Origin: an uncultured Acidobacteriota bacterium
Lineage (GTDB): Bacteria > Acidobacteriota > Vicinamibacteria > Vicinamibacterales > Fen-181
Assembly (NCBI GenBank): GCA_963744445.1
Contig: CAVUTP010000015.1
Location: 17,744-81,743, forward strand
Reading direction: 5' to 3'
Length of the DNA: 64,000 nt
The position numbers were made by a program, and so were the translations under genes. A model generated the notes under the pieces. It was not told the origin of the DNA. It saw only the letters and a program-made list of their open reading frames with translations, and ran no database searches. Every line of letters begins with the position of its first letter. Positions within the stretch are counted from its first letter, which is position 1. Of the stretch, positions 37,413 to 52,616 are shown in pieces.

Positions 37413-38522
37413 ATGGAACTTGTCGTCCGCAAGAGCGACCTGCTGCGCGAACTGCAACTCTTCCAGGGAATCGTCGAGCGCAACAACACGATCCCCGTGC
37501 TCGCCAATGTGCTCATGGAAGCCGATGGCGAGGAGATCCGGTTCCTGGCGACGGATCTCCAGGTCGCCCTCCGGAGCCGCTGCACCGCGTCTGTCGCGAA
37601 GGGCGGCCGGCTCACGCTGCCGGCGAAGAAGTTCTTCGAGATCATCCGCGTGCTGCCCGAGACCGAGGTCCGGATCGAGCAGGACAAGAGCGGCGTCAAG
37701 GTGGCGGCCGACCGCTTCGACTCGCGCATCCAGACGATGCCGGCCGACGACTTCCCGTCGCTGCCCAGGGCGACCGGCGAAGCCGGGCTGATGCTGAACG
37801 CCACGCTCCTCCGGCAGATGATCGCGCGCACGCACTTCGCGACCACCAGCGACGACACCCGGTATTTCCTGAACGGCGTGCTGATGGTGGCCGCCCCGAC
37901 GCAGCTGTCGCTCGTGGCCACCGACGGGCACCGCCTCGCGCTCGTGCAGGCGCCGGCGGAGTTCCCGCAGCTGAAGGAAGAGGTTCGCGTCATCCTGCCG
38001 AAGAAGACGGTGGGCGAGCTGGCACGCCTGCTCATGGAGGTCGAGGGCGACATCCGCTACGAGCGGCTCGACAACCACCTGTTCTTCGAGATCGCCGGCC
38101 GCGTGCTCGTATCGCGGATGATCGAGGCGCAGTTCCCCGCCTTCGAGCGGGTGGTGCCGAAGGGCAACGACAAGTTCGTGCAGTTCGAGCGGGAGCGGCT
38201 GACGAACGCGCTGAAGCGAGTGAACGTCCTGTCGCCGGAGCGCTCGCGCGCCGTCAAGTTCGCCATCGAGGAAGGCAAGGTCGAGGTCTCCACGAGCAGC
38301 CCCGAGCTGGGCGAGGCGAAGGAGACGCTCATGGTGGACGACTACAAGGGCCCGGCCATGCAGATTGGCTTCAACGGCTCGTACCTGCTGCAGTTCCTCG
38401 ACGCGGTCGAGACCGACGCCGTGGTGCTGGAGCTCAAGGACGAGGTCAGCCAGGCCGTGATGAAGCCGGTCGGCCAGGAAGGGTTCGCTTACACCTATGT
38501 GCTCATGCCCATGCGGTTCTGA
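37413..38522 (+). CDS. dnaN: DNA polymerase III beta clamp
   Basis: TIPVLANV, ATDL, RYFLNGV, VATDGHRL, YVLMPMR. Confidence 0.97.
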   Translation: MELVVRKSDLLRELQLFQGIVERNNTIPVLANVLMEADGEEIRFLATDLQVALRSRCTASVAKGGRLTLPAKKFFEIIRVLPETEVRIEQDKSGVKVAADRFDSRIQTMPADDFPSLPRATGEAGLMLNATLLRQMIARTHFATTSDDTRYFLNGVLMVAAPTQLSLVATDGHRLALVQAPAEFPQLKEEVRVILPKKTVGELARLLMEVEGDIRYERLDNHLFFEIAGRVLVSRMIEAQFPAFERVVPKGNDKFVQFERERLTNALKRVNVLSPERSRAVKFAIEEGKVEVSTSSPELGEAKETLMVDDYKGPAMQIGFNGSYLLQFLDAVETDAVVLELKDEVSQAVMKPVGQEGFAYTYVLMPMRF

Positions 38523-38669
38523 GCATGAGCATATAGGCGGGAAGGCGGCAGGCGGTAGGCGGGACGAAGAGCCCCTGGCCCCCCGCCCTCCAGCTGACAC
38601 GAAGCAAACAACCGGCGGCAGGCGACAGAAGGAACGGAACCGCCTTCCGCCCCCCCGCCCTCCGCCTAG

Positions 38670-41303
<2,634 letters not shown>

Positions 41304-41402
41304 CGCGGATCAGGGGTCAACGTGGCGACTGACCAGGGAGCCATTTGCGAAATGGTCAGTTGTTCCCTCGTTCCCTGACAGCTCCGTGCCCGAATCCCTG
41401 CC

Positions 41403-43870
41403 ATGGATGCACTGACCAAGCTTCCCGTAAATATCGAAGACGAGATGAAGCGCTCGTACATGGATTACGCGATGAGCGTAATCATCGGGCGGGCGCTTCC
41501 CGACGTGCGCGACGGCCTCAAGCCGGTCCACCGCCGCGTGCTGTACGGCATGCGCGGCATGGGCCTGGCCAGCAACCGCGCCTACCGCAAGTGCGCGAAG
41601 ATCGTCGGCGAGGTCATGGGGAACTTCCACCCCCACGGCGACGCGTCCATCTACGACACGCTCGTCCGCCTTGCGCAGGACTTCAACATGCGCCAGCCCC
41701 TGGTGGACGGCCAGGGGAACTTCGGTTCGATGGACGGCGACCCGCCCGCCGCCATGCGGTACACCGAGGCCCGGCTGATGCCGCTGGCCGAGGAGCTGAT
41801 GGCGGACCTCGACAAGGAGACGGTGGACTTCGTCCCCAACTACGACGAGACCACCGAGGAGCCGACCGTCCTGCCGGCGCCCTTCCCGAACCTCCTCGTC
41901 AACGGGTCGGTGGGCATTGCCGTCGGCATGGCCACCAACATCCCGCCGCACAATTTGCGCGAGGTGGTGGACGCCGCGATCTGGCTGATCGAGCAGCGCG
42001 AGGCGGGCGGCGCGCCCCCGTCGGCCGACGCCCTCTTCAAGGGCCTGCTGAAGATCGTCCCCGGCCCCGACTTCCCGACCGGCGGCCTGATCGTCGGCCG
42101 CTCGGGCATCGTGCAGGCGTACCACACCGGCCGCGGGTCGCTCACGATCCGCGCGCGCGCCACGGTCGAGGAGAGCGCCAAGGGCGACCGCTCTTCGATC
42201 GTCGTCACCGAGATCCCCTACCAGGTCAACAAGGCGAAGCTGCTCGAGAAGATCGCCGAGCTGGTGCGGGAGAAGACGCTCGAGGGCATCTCGGACCTGC
42301 GCGACGAGTCGGACCGCGAGGGCCTGCGGATCGTCATCGAGCTGAAGCGGGGCGAGGTCGCGGACGTCGTCCTCAACAACCTCTACAAGCACACGCCGCT
42401 GCAAACCTCGTTCGGCATCATCACGCTGGCCATCGTGGGCGGCCGGCCGGTGCGTGCTGCCGCTGGCCGACCTGCTCCGAGCACTTCGTGGAGTTCCGGC
42501 GCGACGTGGTGCGGCGGCGGACCGAGTTCGAGCTGCGGAAGGCGGAGGCGAGGGCCCACATCCTCGAGGGCCTGAAGATCGCGCTCGATCACCTCGACGA
42601 GGTGATCGCGCTGATCCGCGCCTCGAAGTCGCCGGGCGAGGCGCGCGACGGCCTCATGACGCGGTTCGGCCTGTCGCAGGTCCAGTCGCAGGCCATCCTC
42701 GACATGCAGCTCCAGCGCCTGACCGGCCTCGAGCGGCAGAAGATCCTCGACGAGCTGGCCGAGGTGCTGAAGCAGATCGAGCGGTACCGCGCCATCCTGG
42801 GCAGCGAGAAGCTGCTGATGGAAATCGTCGTGTCCGAGCTGCGCGCGGTCCGGGACAAGTACGGGGACGAGCGGCGGACGGAGATCGTCGAGGAGGAGGG
42901 CGAGTTCCGCATCGAGGACCTGATCGCCGAGGAAGACATGGCGATCACGGTCAGCAACACCGGGTACATCAAGCGGACGGCCCTCACCAACTACCGGATC
43001 CAGCGGCGCGGCGGCCTGGGGCGGAAGGGGATGAGCGTGCGCGAGGAGGACTTCGTCACGCGCCTCTTCATCGCCTCGACCCATGCCTACATCCTGATCT
43101 TCAGCGACAAGGGCCGGGTCTACTGGGTCAAGGTGTACGAGGTCCCGGACGTCGGGCCGGACGGGAAGGGCAAGGCGATCGCCAACATGGCCGCCATGCT
43201 CCCCGACGAGCGGATCGCCGCCCTGCTCGCGGTCAAGGAGTTCGAGGACGGCAGGTACGTGGTCATGGGCACCCGGAAGGGCGTGGTCAAGAAGACCGAG
43301 CTGACCGCCTTCCGCAACCCGCGGGTGGCGGGGATCATCGCCATGGGGGTGGAGGAGGGCGACGCCGTCATCGGCGTGCAGGTGACCGACGGCAAGGGCC
43401 ACGTGTTCATCGGGACGCGGGACGGCATGGCCATCCGGTTCCCCGAGGAGGACGTCCGGCCGACCGGCCGGGGGGCCTACGGCGTGCGGGGCATCACCCT
43501 CCGGGAGGGCGACGAGGCGGTGGCCATGGAGGTGGTCAGCGAGGGGGGGACCCTGCTGACCGTCTCGGAGAACGGGTTCGGCAAGCGAACGGACCTTGAC
43601 GAATATCGCGTGCAGTCAAGAGGCGGTTTGGGTATTATCAACATCCACACGACCGATCGGAACGGCCGAGTTGTCGGTATTGCCTACGTCAAGGACGAGG
43701 ATGAGCTGATGCTCATCACCCAGCAGGGGAAGGTCCTGCGCACCGTGACGAGGGATGTCCGTACCATCGGCCGGGCCACTCAGGGCGTGCGTCTGATCGG
43801 GGTGGAAGAAGACGACCGGGTCGTATCCATCGCCCGACTCGCCGAAAGAGAAGAAGATATCAACGAGTAA
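41403..43870 (+). CDS. gyrA: DNA gyrase subunit A; apparent frameshift(s) near 42450-42480
   Basis: [22 protein letters not shown] GyrA box, C-terminal pinwheel repeats. Confidence 0.97.
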
Positions 43871-43881
43871 AGGAGGCTGGC

Positions 43882-44601
43882 ATGCATCGGCCGCGTCATC
43901 TTTGGTTACTCTGCCCCGTCCTCATCGCCGTCGCCCTCACCGCCGCCTGCAGCAGCGCACCCGAGGAACAGATGGTGCGCAAGTTCTTCCAGTCGTCGCG
44001 GCTGGGGGACAACATGACGCTCGCAAGCATTGCGACCGTTTCCTTCGATCCCACCAGGGACGGCCAGGCCTCGAGCGTGTCGGTGGTCTCCGTGACCCCC
44101 GAGGAAGCCCGGCCCCTGCAGTTCAAGGAACTCGAGAAGGCGCGCAAGGACGCCGTCGCCGCCGAGACCGAGTTCTCGAAGAAGATGAAGGAGTACCAGG
44201 ACAGCAACTTCGAGGCGATCAACCGCATCCTGAAGGCGGAAGCCACCGCCGGGAAGCCCCGTGGCAAGGACGCCGAGATCCAGACCGCGTGGACCAAGTA
44301 CCGCGAGGAGCAGGCGGTGCTGTCGAAGAAGGTGTCCGAGGCTCGGCAGAAGCTGAACCACGAGCGCCGGGTGGCCGACCTCAGCGTGGCCGATCACGAC
44401 CCGACGACCTTCGACGCCACCGAGTACAAGAAGGAAGCGACCGTCACGGCCAACGTCCAGATGCCGAACGGCCAGACCGAGAAGAAGACCCTGGTGCTGA
44501 CCATGCAGCGCGTGGTCCTGAAGGACCCGGCGGGCGGCAAGGACATCGAGGGCCGCTGGATGATCACGCGCATCGCCGACGCGGCGGCGCCCAAGGGCTA
44601 G
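43882..44601 (+). CDS. Hypothetical lipoprotein
   Basis: AAAGGAGG RBS, lipobox LTAAC, coiled-coil middle region, GC3-rich codons. Confidence 0.8.
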   Translation: MHRPRHLWLLCPVLIAVALTAACSSAPEEQMVRKFFQSSRLGDNMTLASIATVSFDPTRDGQASSVSVVSVTPEEARPLQFKELEKARKDAVAAETEFSKKMKEYQDSNFEAINRILKAEATAGKPRGKDAEIQTAWTKYREEQAVLSKKVSEARQKLNHERRVADLSVADHDPTTFDATEYKKEATVTANVQMPNGQTEKKTLVLTMQRVVLKDPAGGKDIEGRWMITRIADAAAPKG

Positions 44602-44626
44602 GACGGGACAGCTCGATGCATGCCGG

Positions 44627-44659
44627 GGGCCCCGTGGGAAACCGTCGGGGCCCTTTTTT
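44627..44659 (+). terminator. Rho-independent terminator
   Basis: GGGCCCCG...CGGGGCCC stem followed by T6. Confidence 0.8.
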
Positions 44660-44807
44660 GTCTCGGCCGATCGGACGGCTCAAGGCTCATGGCTTCGAGC
44701 CTCAAGGCAGATCACACTTCTCTGGCCGTGTGACACGGCCCTGAGCCTTAAGCCCTGAGCCCTGAAGCCGGATGGGGCCTGCCGGCGCGCGACCGTCCTC
44801 GCGCCGG

Positions 44808-47061
44808 TCAGACGACTTCCAGCTTCGCGTATTTCCCCACCAGCCTCTTCACACCCACCCCGGCGAAGCGGACCGTCAGCTTGACGTCGCCGTCGATCGG
44901 CTCCAGGCCGACGACCGTGCCGACGCCGAACATGGCGTGGCGGACGCGCGAACCAAGCTCGACGTGGACGGGGCGGGACTGGTCCTCGTCCTCGTAGGAG
45001 TAGGCGGGCGTTTCCTCGCGGACCCGGCGGGGACCGCCCGCGCCGCCGCGCCCGGTACGGGCTCGGCTTGCGATCCCAGGAGCCGAGCGAGGCCTGGTAG
45101 TAGGACGAAGGAGCGCGGGCTCGCTGCGCTCGAGCAGTTCCGCGGGCACCTCGTCGATGAAGCGGGACGGGCTCGTGGCGCGGTACTCGCCGTACCAGCG
45201 CCGGCGGGCCGCGCTGGTGAGCAGGAGACGCCGGCGGGCGCGTGTCATCCCCACGTAGCAGAGGCGCCGCTCCTCCTCCAACTCCGCCTCGTCCTCCGCG
45301 GACCGTGAGTGGGGGAAGAGGTTCTCCTCGAGGCCCGCGATGACGACAACCGGGAACTCGAGGCCCTTGGCGGCGTGCAGCGTCATCATCCAGACGCGGG
45401 CGTCGGGCGCGCCCTCGGCCTCGTCCACGTCGGACAGCAGCGAGAGCCGATCCACGAAGCCGCCGAGCGTGGCGTTCTCCTCGCGGCTCTCGTACTCCTT
45501 CGCGGCCGAGACGAGTTCCGCCAGGTTCTCGATGCGGCCCTCGGCGTCCTCGGTGCGCTCGTCGCGCAGTGCCTGGAGGTAGCCGGTCCGGTCCAGCACC
45601 TTGCCGATCGTGATCGAGACCGGCTCGGCGCGGGAGATCTCGGCGAGGCGAATCACGAGGTCTCGAAACACGCGCAGAGACGAGGCGGCGCGCCCGGAGA
45701 AGGCGCCGCTGTCGAGGCCGCCCACCAGGCGCGACCAGAGCGAGTGGGCCGAGAGGCCGGCGTGACCCGAGACGGGCAGGGCGGGCGGCGCGGCCTCGAG
45801 CGAGTCCATCACGCCCTTGCCGATCCCGCGCGTGGGCACGTTGATCACCCGCCTCAAACTCACGTCATCGTCCGGATTGAGCAGGAGCTTGAGATAGGCG
45901 AGGGTGTCCTTCACCTCCTTGCGCTCGTAGAACCGGACGCTGCCGATGATGCGGTAGGAGATCCCCTCGCGCCGCAGCGCGTCTTCTATCACGCGCGACT
46001 GGGCGTTGGTCCGGTAGAGCACGGCCATCGGCGTCTGGCCGTCGGCCGCCACCGCCTGCCGCGCGGTCCGGGCGATGAAGTCGGCTTCCTCGAGTTCGTC
46101 GTTCGCCTGGTAGTACCGCAGCTTGTCGCCGCCCTTGCGCTCGGTCCAGAGCCGCTTCTCCTTGCGCTGCGCGGTTCTGGCTGATCACGGCGGACGCCGC
46201 GTCGAGGATGACCTGCGTGGAGCGGTAGTTCCGTTCGAGCTTGACCACCGTGGCTTCGGGGTAGTCGTGCTCGAAGTCCATGATGTTCTTGAGGTCCGCG
46301 CCCCGCCACTTGTAGATCGACTGGTCGGGGTCGCCCACCACGCAAATGTTGCGGTGCGCCTGGGCCATCAGGCGCAGCAGCAGGTACTGGGGGCGGTTGG
46401 TGTCCTGGTACTCGTCCACCAGGAGGAACCGGAAGCGGTTGGCGTAGCGGGCCCGGAGGCCGTCGTTCTCGAACAGCGCGACGGTCTTCAGCAGGAGGTC
46501 GTCGAAGTCGAGGGCGTTCGCGTCGGCGAGGGCGCGCTGGTACCGCTCGAAGATCTTGCCGGCCTCGGCGTCCTTCGGGTTGTAGCTGTTGACGAAGGCC
46601 TCGGGGCCCTTCATCTGGTTCTTGGCGTGGCTGATGCGCGAGAGCGCGACGCGCGGCTGGAGGATGCTGTCGTCGATGTGCAGGTCGCGCATCGCCTGCT
46701 TGACGGCCGACACCTGGTCGGAGGAGTCGTAGATGACGAAGTCGCGCGAGAGGCCGATCACCGGGGCCTCGCGGCGGAGGAGGCGGGCGCACATCGCGTG
46801 GAAGGTCATGATCCACGCGCCGGCGCAGGCGTCGCCGAGCAGCTGCTCGACGCGTCCCCGCATCTCCTCGGCAGCCTTGTTCGTGAAGGTGACGGCAACG
46901 ACCTCGTTCGGCTCCGCGTAGCCGGACCCGATGAGGTAGGCAACCCGGTAGGCGATGACGCGAGTCTTGCCCGACCCCGCGCCGGCGAGAATGAGCAGCG
47001 GGCCATCAACCTTCAGCACGGCCTCGCGCTGCTCGGGGTTCAATTCGTCAAGGAAGTCCAT
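44808..47061 (-). CDS. uvrD: ATP-dependent DNA helicase UvrD/PcrA; apparent frameshift near 46170
   Basis: LAGAGSGKT, LVDEYQDTN, VGDPDQSIY, NYRST | YRTNAQS, TLHAAKGLEF, EERRLCYVGMTRA, Tudor-like C-terminus. Confidence 0.95.
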
Positions 47062-47219
47062 GAACTGTCAGTAGGCGGTAGGGGGTAGGCGGTAGGCTGC
47101 GAGCCAGCGGGCTGCGCGCAACAACCGGTCCATTGTACGCGCTCACGGCCCCTCAGGGCGACCGTTAACTCTACTCAGCGTGACTCTAGTGATCTCAACT
47201 GCCTACTGCCTACTGCCTA

Positions 47220-49074
47220 CTATTCCACCGTCACGCTCTTCGCCAGGTTCCTCGGCTGGTCCACGTCGCAGCCCCGGCGCACCGAGATGTGATAGGCGAG
47301 CAGCTGAAGCGGCACGACCGCGATGACGGGCGTGAGCAGCGGAGACGATTCGGGCAGGCTGATGATCGAGTCCGTCGTGTCGAGCAGCCCTTCGACGAGC
47401 TCGTCGCGGCCGGTGGTGAGCGCGATGACCGAGCCGCCCCTGGCCTTGACCTCCTGGATGTTGCTCAGCATCTTCTCGAACACGTGATCGCGCGTGGCGA
47501 TGGCCACCACGGGCATCTGCTCGTCGATGAGGGCGATCGGCCCGTGCTTCATCTCGCCGGCGGGGTAGCCCTCGGCATGGATGTAGGAGATTTCCTTCAG
47601 CTTGAGGGCGCCCTCGAGGGCAATGGGGTAGTTGATGCCGCGACCCAGGTAGAGGAAGTCCTTGCGGTTGTAGAAGCGCCGGGCGATCTCGTCCACCAGC
47701 GCCGACACGCGGAGAGTCTGGTCGATGAGCGTCGGCAGCTGCAGCAGGTTCTCGATGTGCCCGCGCGCTTCTTCCTCGCCGATCGTGCCGCGAATGCGGG
47801 CCAGGTGCAGCGCGAGCAGGTAGAGCGCGACCAGCTGCGAGGTGAACGCCTTGGTCGAGGCGACGCCGATTTCCGGCCCCGCGTGCGTGTAGACGGTGCC
47901 GTCGCTCTCGCGGGTGGCCATGCTGCCCACGACGTTGCAGATCGCCACGCAGCGCGCGCCCTTGTGGCGCGCCTCGCGCAAGGCGGCCAGCGTGTCCGCG
48001 GTCTCGCCCGACTGCGTGATCACCACCGCGAGCGTCCGGGGCCCGACGATCGGGTTGCGGTAGCGGTACTCCGAGCCGTAGTCCGTCTCCACGGGCAGGC
48101 GCGCCAGCGACTCGATCAGGTACTTGCCCACCAGCCCCGCGTGCCACGACGTGCCGCACGCGATGATCGACACGTTCTCGACGGCGGCCAGCTCCGTCTC
48201 CGACAGCGTCATCTCCTCGAGGAAGACGCGCGCCGTGTCGAGCGACACGCGGCCGAGCACCGTGTCGCGCACGGCCTGCGGCTGCTCGAAGATCTCCTTC
48301 AGCATGAAGTGCTTGTAGCCGGCCTTCTCCGCCTGGATCGGGTCCCACGACACGCGCTGGGTGGGGCGGTCGAGCGTGGTCCCGGCGAAGTTCGTGAAGA
48401 CGACCCCGTCCTTGGTGAGGACCGCCATCTCCTCGTCCGCGAGGAACACCACGTCGCGCGTGTGCGCCAGGATGGCCGGGATGTCCGAGGCCACGAAGTA
48501 CTCGCCGTCGCCGATGCCCACCACGAGGGGGGGCCCGTTGCGGACGGCCACGATCTTCCGGGGTTCGTCGGCCGACAGCAGGACGAGCGCGAACATCCCG
48601 CGCAGCCGGGCGAGCGCCCGGCGCGTGGCGCACTCGAGGCCGCCGCCCGCCGGCACCTCCTTCAGCTCCTGCTCGACGAGGTGCGCGACGATCTCCGTGT
48701 CCGTCTCGGTGACGAACTTGTGGCCCTTCGCCTGCAGCTCCTGCTTCAGCTCCAGGTAGTTCTCGATGATCCCGTTGTGGACCACGACGATGCGGCCCGA
48801 ACAGTCGCGGTGCGGGTGGGCGTTCTCCTCGGTGGGGCGGCCGTGCGTGGCCCAGCGGGTATGGCCGACGCCGAACTCGCCGTCGATCGGGTCCGTACCG
48901 AATGGCCTCCTCGAGGCGAGAGAGCTTGCCGGCGCTGCGCCGCAGGCCGATGGCGCCGTTGCGCACGAGCGCGATGCCTGCCGAGTCGTAGCCGCGGTAC
49001 TCGAGCCGGCGCAGACCCTCAATCAGGACCGGGACGACCGGTTTGGGCCCGATGTAGCCAATGATGCCGCACAT
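47220..49074 (-). CDS. glmS: Glutamine--fructose-6-phosphate aminotransferase; apparent frameshift near 48900
   Basis: [52 protein letters not shown]. Confidence 0.97.
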
Positions 49075-49246
49075 GAGGATGATCCTCGTCAGGTTCCAAG
49101 GGAGCGACGCTGTGCCAGATCAGGGAACAAGGGAACAACTGACCACTTGGCAAATTGCCCCACGTGGCCGCATTCGAAACCCCAGATAGCCAGTGGCCAA
49201 ATAGACAATTGCCAAATAGAGAATTGCGAAGTGATCCCCGTCCTCC

Positions 49247-50635
49247 CTACGTACGCGATTTCTTCCTCGTGACCCACCCCTCGATGTTGCTCTGTCTGCC
49301 TCGCGCGATGCCGAGCGCGTCGGCCGGGACGTCCTTGGTGATCGACGACCCCGCCGCGACGTAGGCCCCCCGGCCCACGTGCACCGGCGCAATCAGCTGG
49401 GTGTCGCTGCCGATGAAGGCGCCGTCCTCGATGACCGTCGGGCTCTTCTTCACGCCGTCGTAATTGCAGGTAATCGTGCCCGCGCCGACGTTCACGCGCT
49501 CGCCGATCGTCGCGTCGCCCAGGTAGGCCAGGTGCATCGCCTTGCTGCCCGCGCCGAACCGCGTCTTCTTCAGCTCCACGAAGTTGCCGATCCGCGCGTC
49601 GCGCCCGATGTCGGGTCTCGGGGCGGATGCGCGCGAAGGGACCGACCTGCGCTCCCTCTGCAATATGCGCGCCCAGGACGAGGCAGTGGTCGAAAACCGT
49701 CACCCGATCGTCCAGCACGCAGTCCACGATGCGGACGCCCGAGTGGATGACGCAGCCGGCGCCGATGCTCGTTCGGCCCTGCCAGCGTGACGCCGGGCTT
49801 GATCGTCGGTGTCGGGGCCGACCGTGACCGCTGCGTCCACGTACGTCGTGGCAGGGTCCTCGATGCGTGACCCCGGCCGCCATCAACGCCTCGTTGCGGG
49901 CCTGCCACACGCGCCTGCTCATGGCGGCCAGCTCCACGCGGCTGTTGATCCCGAGGATCTCGTCCGGGTGGTCCGCGACCAGGGCCGCGACCCGACGGCC
50001 GTCGCGCGCGGTAGATCGCCGATGAGATCGGGCAGGTAGGACTCCCGCTGGGCGTTGTCCGCCGAGATCCGGCGCAGGGCCCCGAAGAGCGGGTCGAGGT
50101 CGAACGCGTAGATGCTGGCGTTGATCTCCCGGATCGCGCGCTCGGCCGGAGTGGCGTCGCGGTGTTCGACGATGCGCGCGACCTGGTCGCCGTCCCAGAC
50201 GACCCGCCCGTAGCCGGCGGGGTCGGGGACGATGGCGGAGAGCAGCGTGGCGGACGCCTTCGAGCGCTCGTGGGTGTCGAGCAGCGCGCGCAGCGTAGCC
50301 GGCGTCAGCAGCGGGACGTCGCCGGAAAGCAGGAGCAGCGTGCCGGAGACGCCCTCGAAGAGCGGCGCCGCCTGCATCAGCGCGTGGCCCGTACCCAGCT
50401 GCGGCTCCTGGAGCAGGAACCGCACGTCCGCATGACCGGACGAGCGCCGCCTTCACCGCCTCCGCGCCGTGTCCGACGACCACCGTGCGCGTGGCGGGCG
50501 CCAAGAGCGGCGGCCGCCTCGAGGACGTAGTCGATCATCGGCGTGCCCGCCACCGGGTGGAGGACCTTCGGGCGTGGCCGATTTCATCCGCGTGCCCTTG
50601 CCCGCGGCGAGGATCAGGACGTGGAGGGTGGACAT
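49247..50635 (-). CDS. glmU: Bifunctional GlmU; several apparent frameshifts
   Basis: [58 protein letters not shown]. Confidence 0.93.
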
Positions 50636-50756
50636 TACGGTAGTGTAGATCGTTGACGGGTCACGGTTGACGGTTCACGGTTCTCCCACGCTGTCAGGCG
50701 CGGTCTGACCGTGTAAACCGTGAACTGTTGACCGTCAACCTTCTTTACCGAAGTGC

Positions 50757-51517
50757 TTATCGTCCCGTCCGCTGGCGGCCCGCGGTCAGCCGGGCGGGGT
50801 CGAGCAGCGCGTTGAAAGCCGGGTTGTCGTGAAGCGGCTCGAGATCGGTGTCCGTGCCCGCCTGGAGGCGGAGCGAAGGGCGGAGGTCGATGGCCTTCTG
50901 GAGGTGGGCCAGGCGGCCTCGGCTTCGCCGCGTTGCGAGCGGACGACGGCCAGCAGGTATTGAATGTGATCGTGCTCGGGCTGGTCGCGCTCGAGGGACG
51001 TCAACAGGGAGAGGCCTTCGTCGTAGGCGCCGCGGTTGACCGAGAGGGTGGCGGCGTAGAGGCGTTCGTCGAAGGTCTTCGGTGTCGCGTCCGGCGGCGT
51101 CGCGTGCCGGGCGCACACCGCAAGGTAGACCCTGGTGCGCTCGAGGAGTTCCTTCTCGTCGGGGTACTGCGCGACGACGGTCTTGAAGAGCTGGGCGGCT
51201 TCCTGGAAGCGGCGCTGCTGCAGCGAGCGGAACCCCTTCTCGAACAGCTCGACCGCGAGGTTACGGTCTGTCAGGTCGCGGGCCGGCGAGACGGCCGGCT
51301 TTCGCATCGAGGCTCCGGTCCTCGGTGCCGGCACGATCTTCCTCTTCGCGGCAGGCGACGGGGTCTTCTTCGCCGCGGGCGCGGCGGCAGCCTTGCGCGC
51401 CGGGGTCTTGGACGGGTGAGCGGCCTTGGCGGCCTTCGGGGCCGGCTTGGCGCTCTTGGCCGGGCGCCTCGAGGGCTTCTTCGGCGCGACGTGGGAACTC
51501 GGGCGCTGCTTGGCCAT
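50757..51517 (-). CDS. TPR-like protein with Lys/Ala/Pro-rich N-terminal tail; apparent frameshift near 50910
   Basis: KKPSRRPAKSAKPAPKAAK N-terminus; helical repeats; HLQKAIDLRP..DTDLEPL C-terminus in a shifted frame. Confidence 0.7.
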
Positions 51518-51624
51518 CGGGAGGACCTCCGCAGTCACTTGGCCAGTTGTCGAGGTTCCGACTGTATGTGACCAGCCGATTGGTCAATTGCCCAATTGCC
51601 AAGTGAGTTCGGACTGATGCGGCG

Positions 51625-52509
51625 CTACGTTAACAAAAGGGCCGAGCGCCGGTCAAGAAGGCGGTCACCTCGCTCCCGCCCCCGCTCCACGGCCGAGTAG
51701 ACCGTCCGCGACGGCACGCCGTAGCGCTCCGGCCAACCGCGAAATGGCCTCGCGCCGCGCCCAGCCCGTCGCTTTTCGGTCAAATCACAGAACTCAGCGG
51801 TACAGTGCGGGGTTGTCCGGGAGAGGCGCTTGTCCGCAGCCGGGTCGGCCGGGCCAGGACGATGGTGAATTCGCCGCGAGTTTCTGTCAGTTGCCCAACT
51901 ATTTCGGTCAACCGACCCCGGATCAATTCTTCGTGCAGCTTGGTCAGCTCGCGCCCGACCATGGCCGGCCGGTCGCCGAGAATTCTCGCCGCCGCCTCGA
52001 GCGTTTCCCGAACCCGGTGCGGGGCCTCGAAGAAGATCACGGTCTCCTGCCGGGTTGCCAGCGAGGCCAGCCAGCGCTCGCGAGCCTGTGCCCGGGGCGG
52101 CGCGAAGCCGAGAAATGCAAAGGCGTCGTGGGGAGGCCCGACGGCGACCAACGCCGTGAGGACCGCGCTGGCGCCCGGGACCGCCTCGACCCGCACGCCG
52201 GCCTCGATCGCGGCGCGGACCAGCCGATAGCCCGGGTCGGAGATGCCCGGCGTCCCGCGTCCGACACGAGCGCGACGGACTCGCCCGCCGCCAGCCGTGC
52301 GACCAGGCGCGGGACGCGCTCCCGCTCGTTCTGCTCGTAGAAACTCGTGGTGGGCGTGTGGATGCCGAGGTGGGCGAGCAGCTTCGCCGGTGTGCCGCGT
52401 GTCTTCGGCCGCGATGACCGCCGACCTCGCGCAGCACGCGGATCGCCCGGAGCGTGATGTCCTCCAGGTTGCCGATGGGCGTGGCGACGAGGTAGAGGGT
52501 GCCCGGCAC
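51625..52509 (-). CDS. rsmI: 16S rRNA C1402 2'-O-methyltransferase RsmI; several apparent frameshifts
   Basis: GTLYLVATPIGNLEDIT, IAAEDTR, GTPGISDPG, FFEAPHRV, RELTKLHEE. Confidence 0.92.
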   Translation of the reverse strand: MPGTLYLVATPIGNLEDITLRAIRVLREVGGHRGRRHAAHRRSCSPTSASTRPPRVSTSRTSGSASRAWSHGWRRASPSRSCRTRDAGHLRPGLSAGPRRDRGRRAGRGGPGRQRGPHGVGRRRASPRRLCISRLRAAPGTGSRALAGLAGNPAGDRDLLRGPAPGSGNARGGGENSRRPAGHGRARADQAARRIDPGSVDRNSWATDRNSRRIHHRPGPADPAADKRLSRTTPHCTAEFCDLTEKRRAGRGARPFRGWPERYGVPSRTVYSAVERGRERGDRLLDRRSALLLT

Positions 52510-52616
52510 GGTCCGTTCAGATATTGTACCATGGTAAGAAGTGCCGTCCGCCGACGAGCAGGCTGTGGAGCGACAGGCCGCCCGGACCGCGATCCGGGCG
52601 AGGCGAGGTCGCACGC

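Noticed and set aside
49075-49246. glmS ribozyme upstream of glmS
   Set aside because: The gap is filled by the TTGCCAA repeat, and no ribozyme core was recognised
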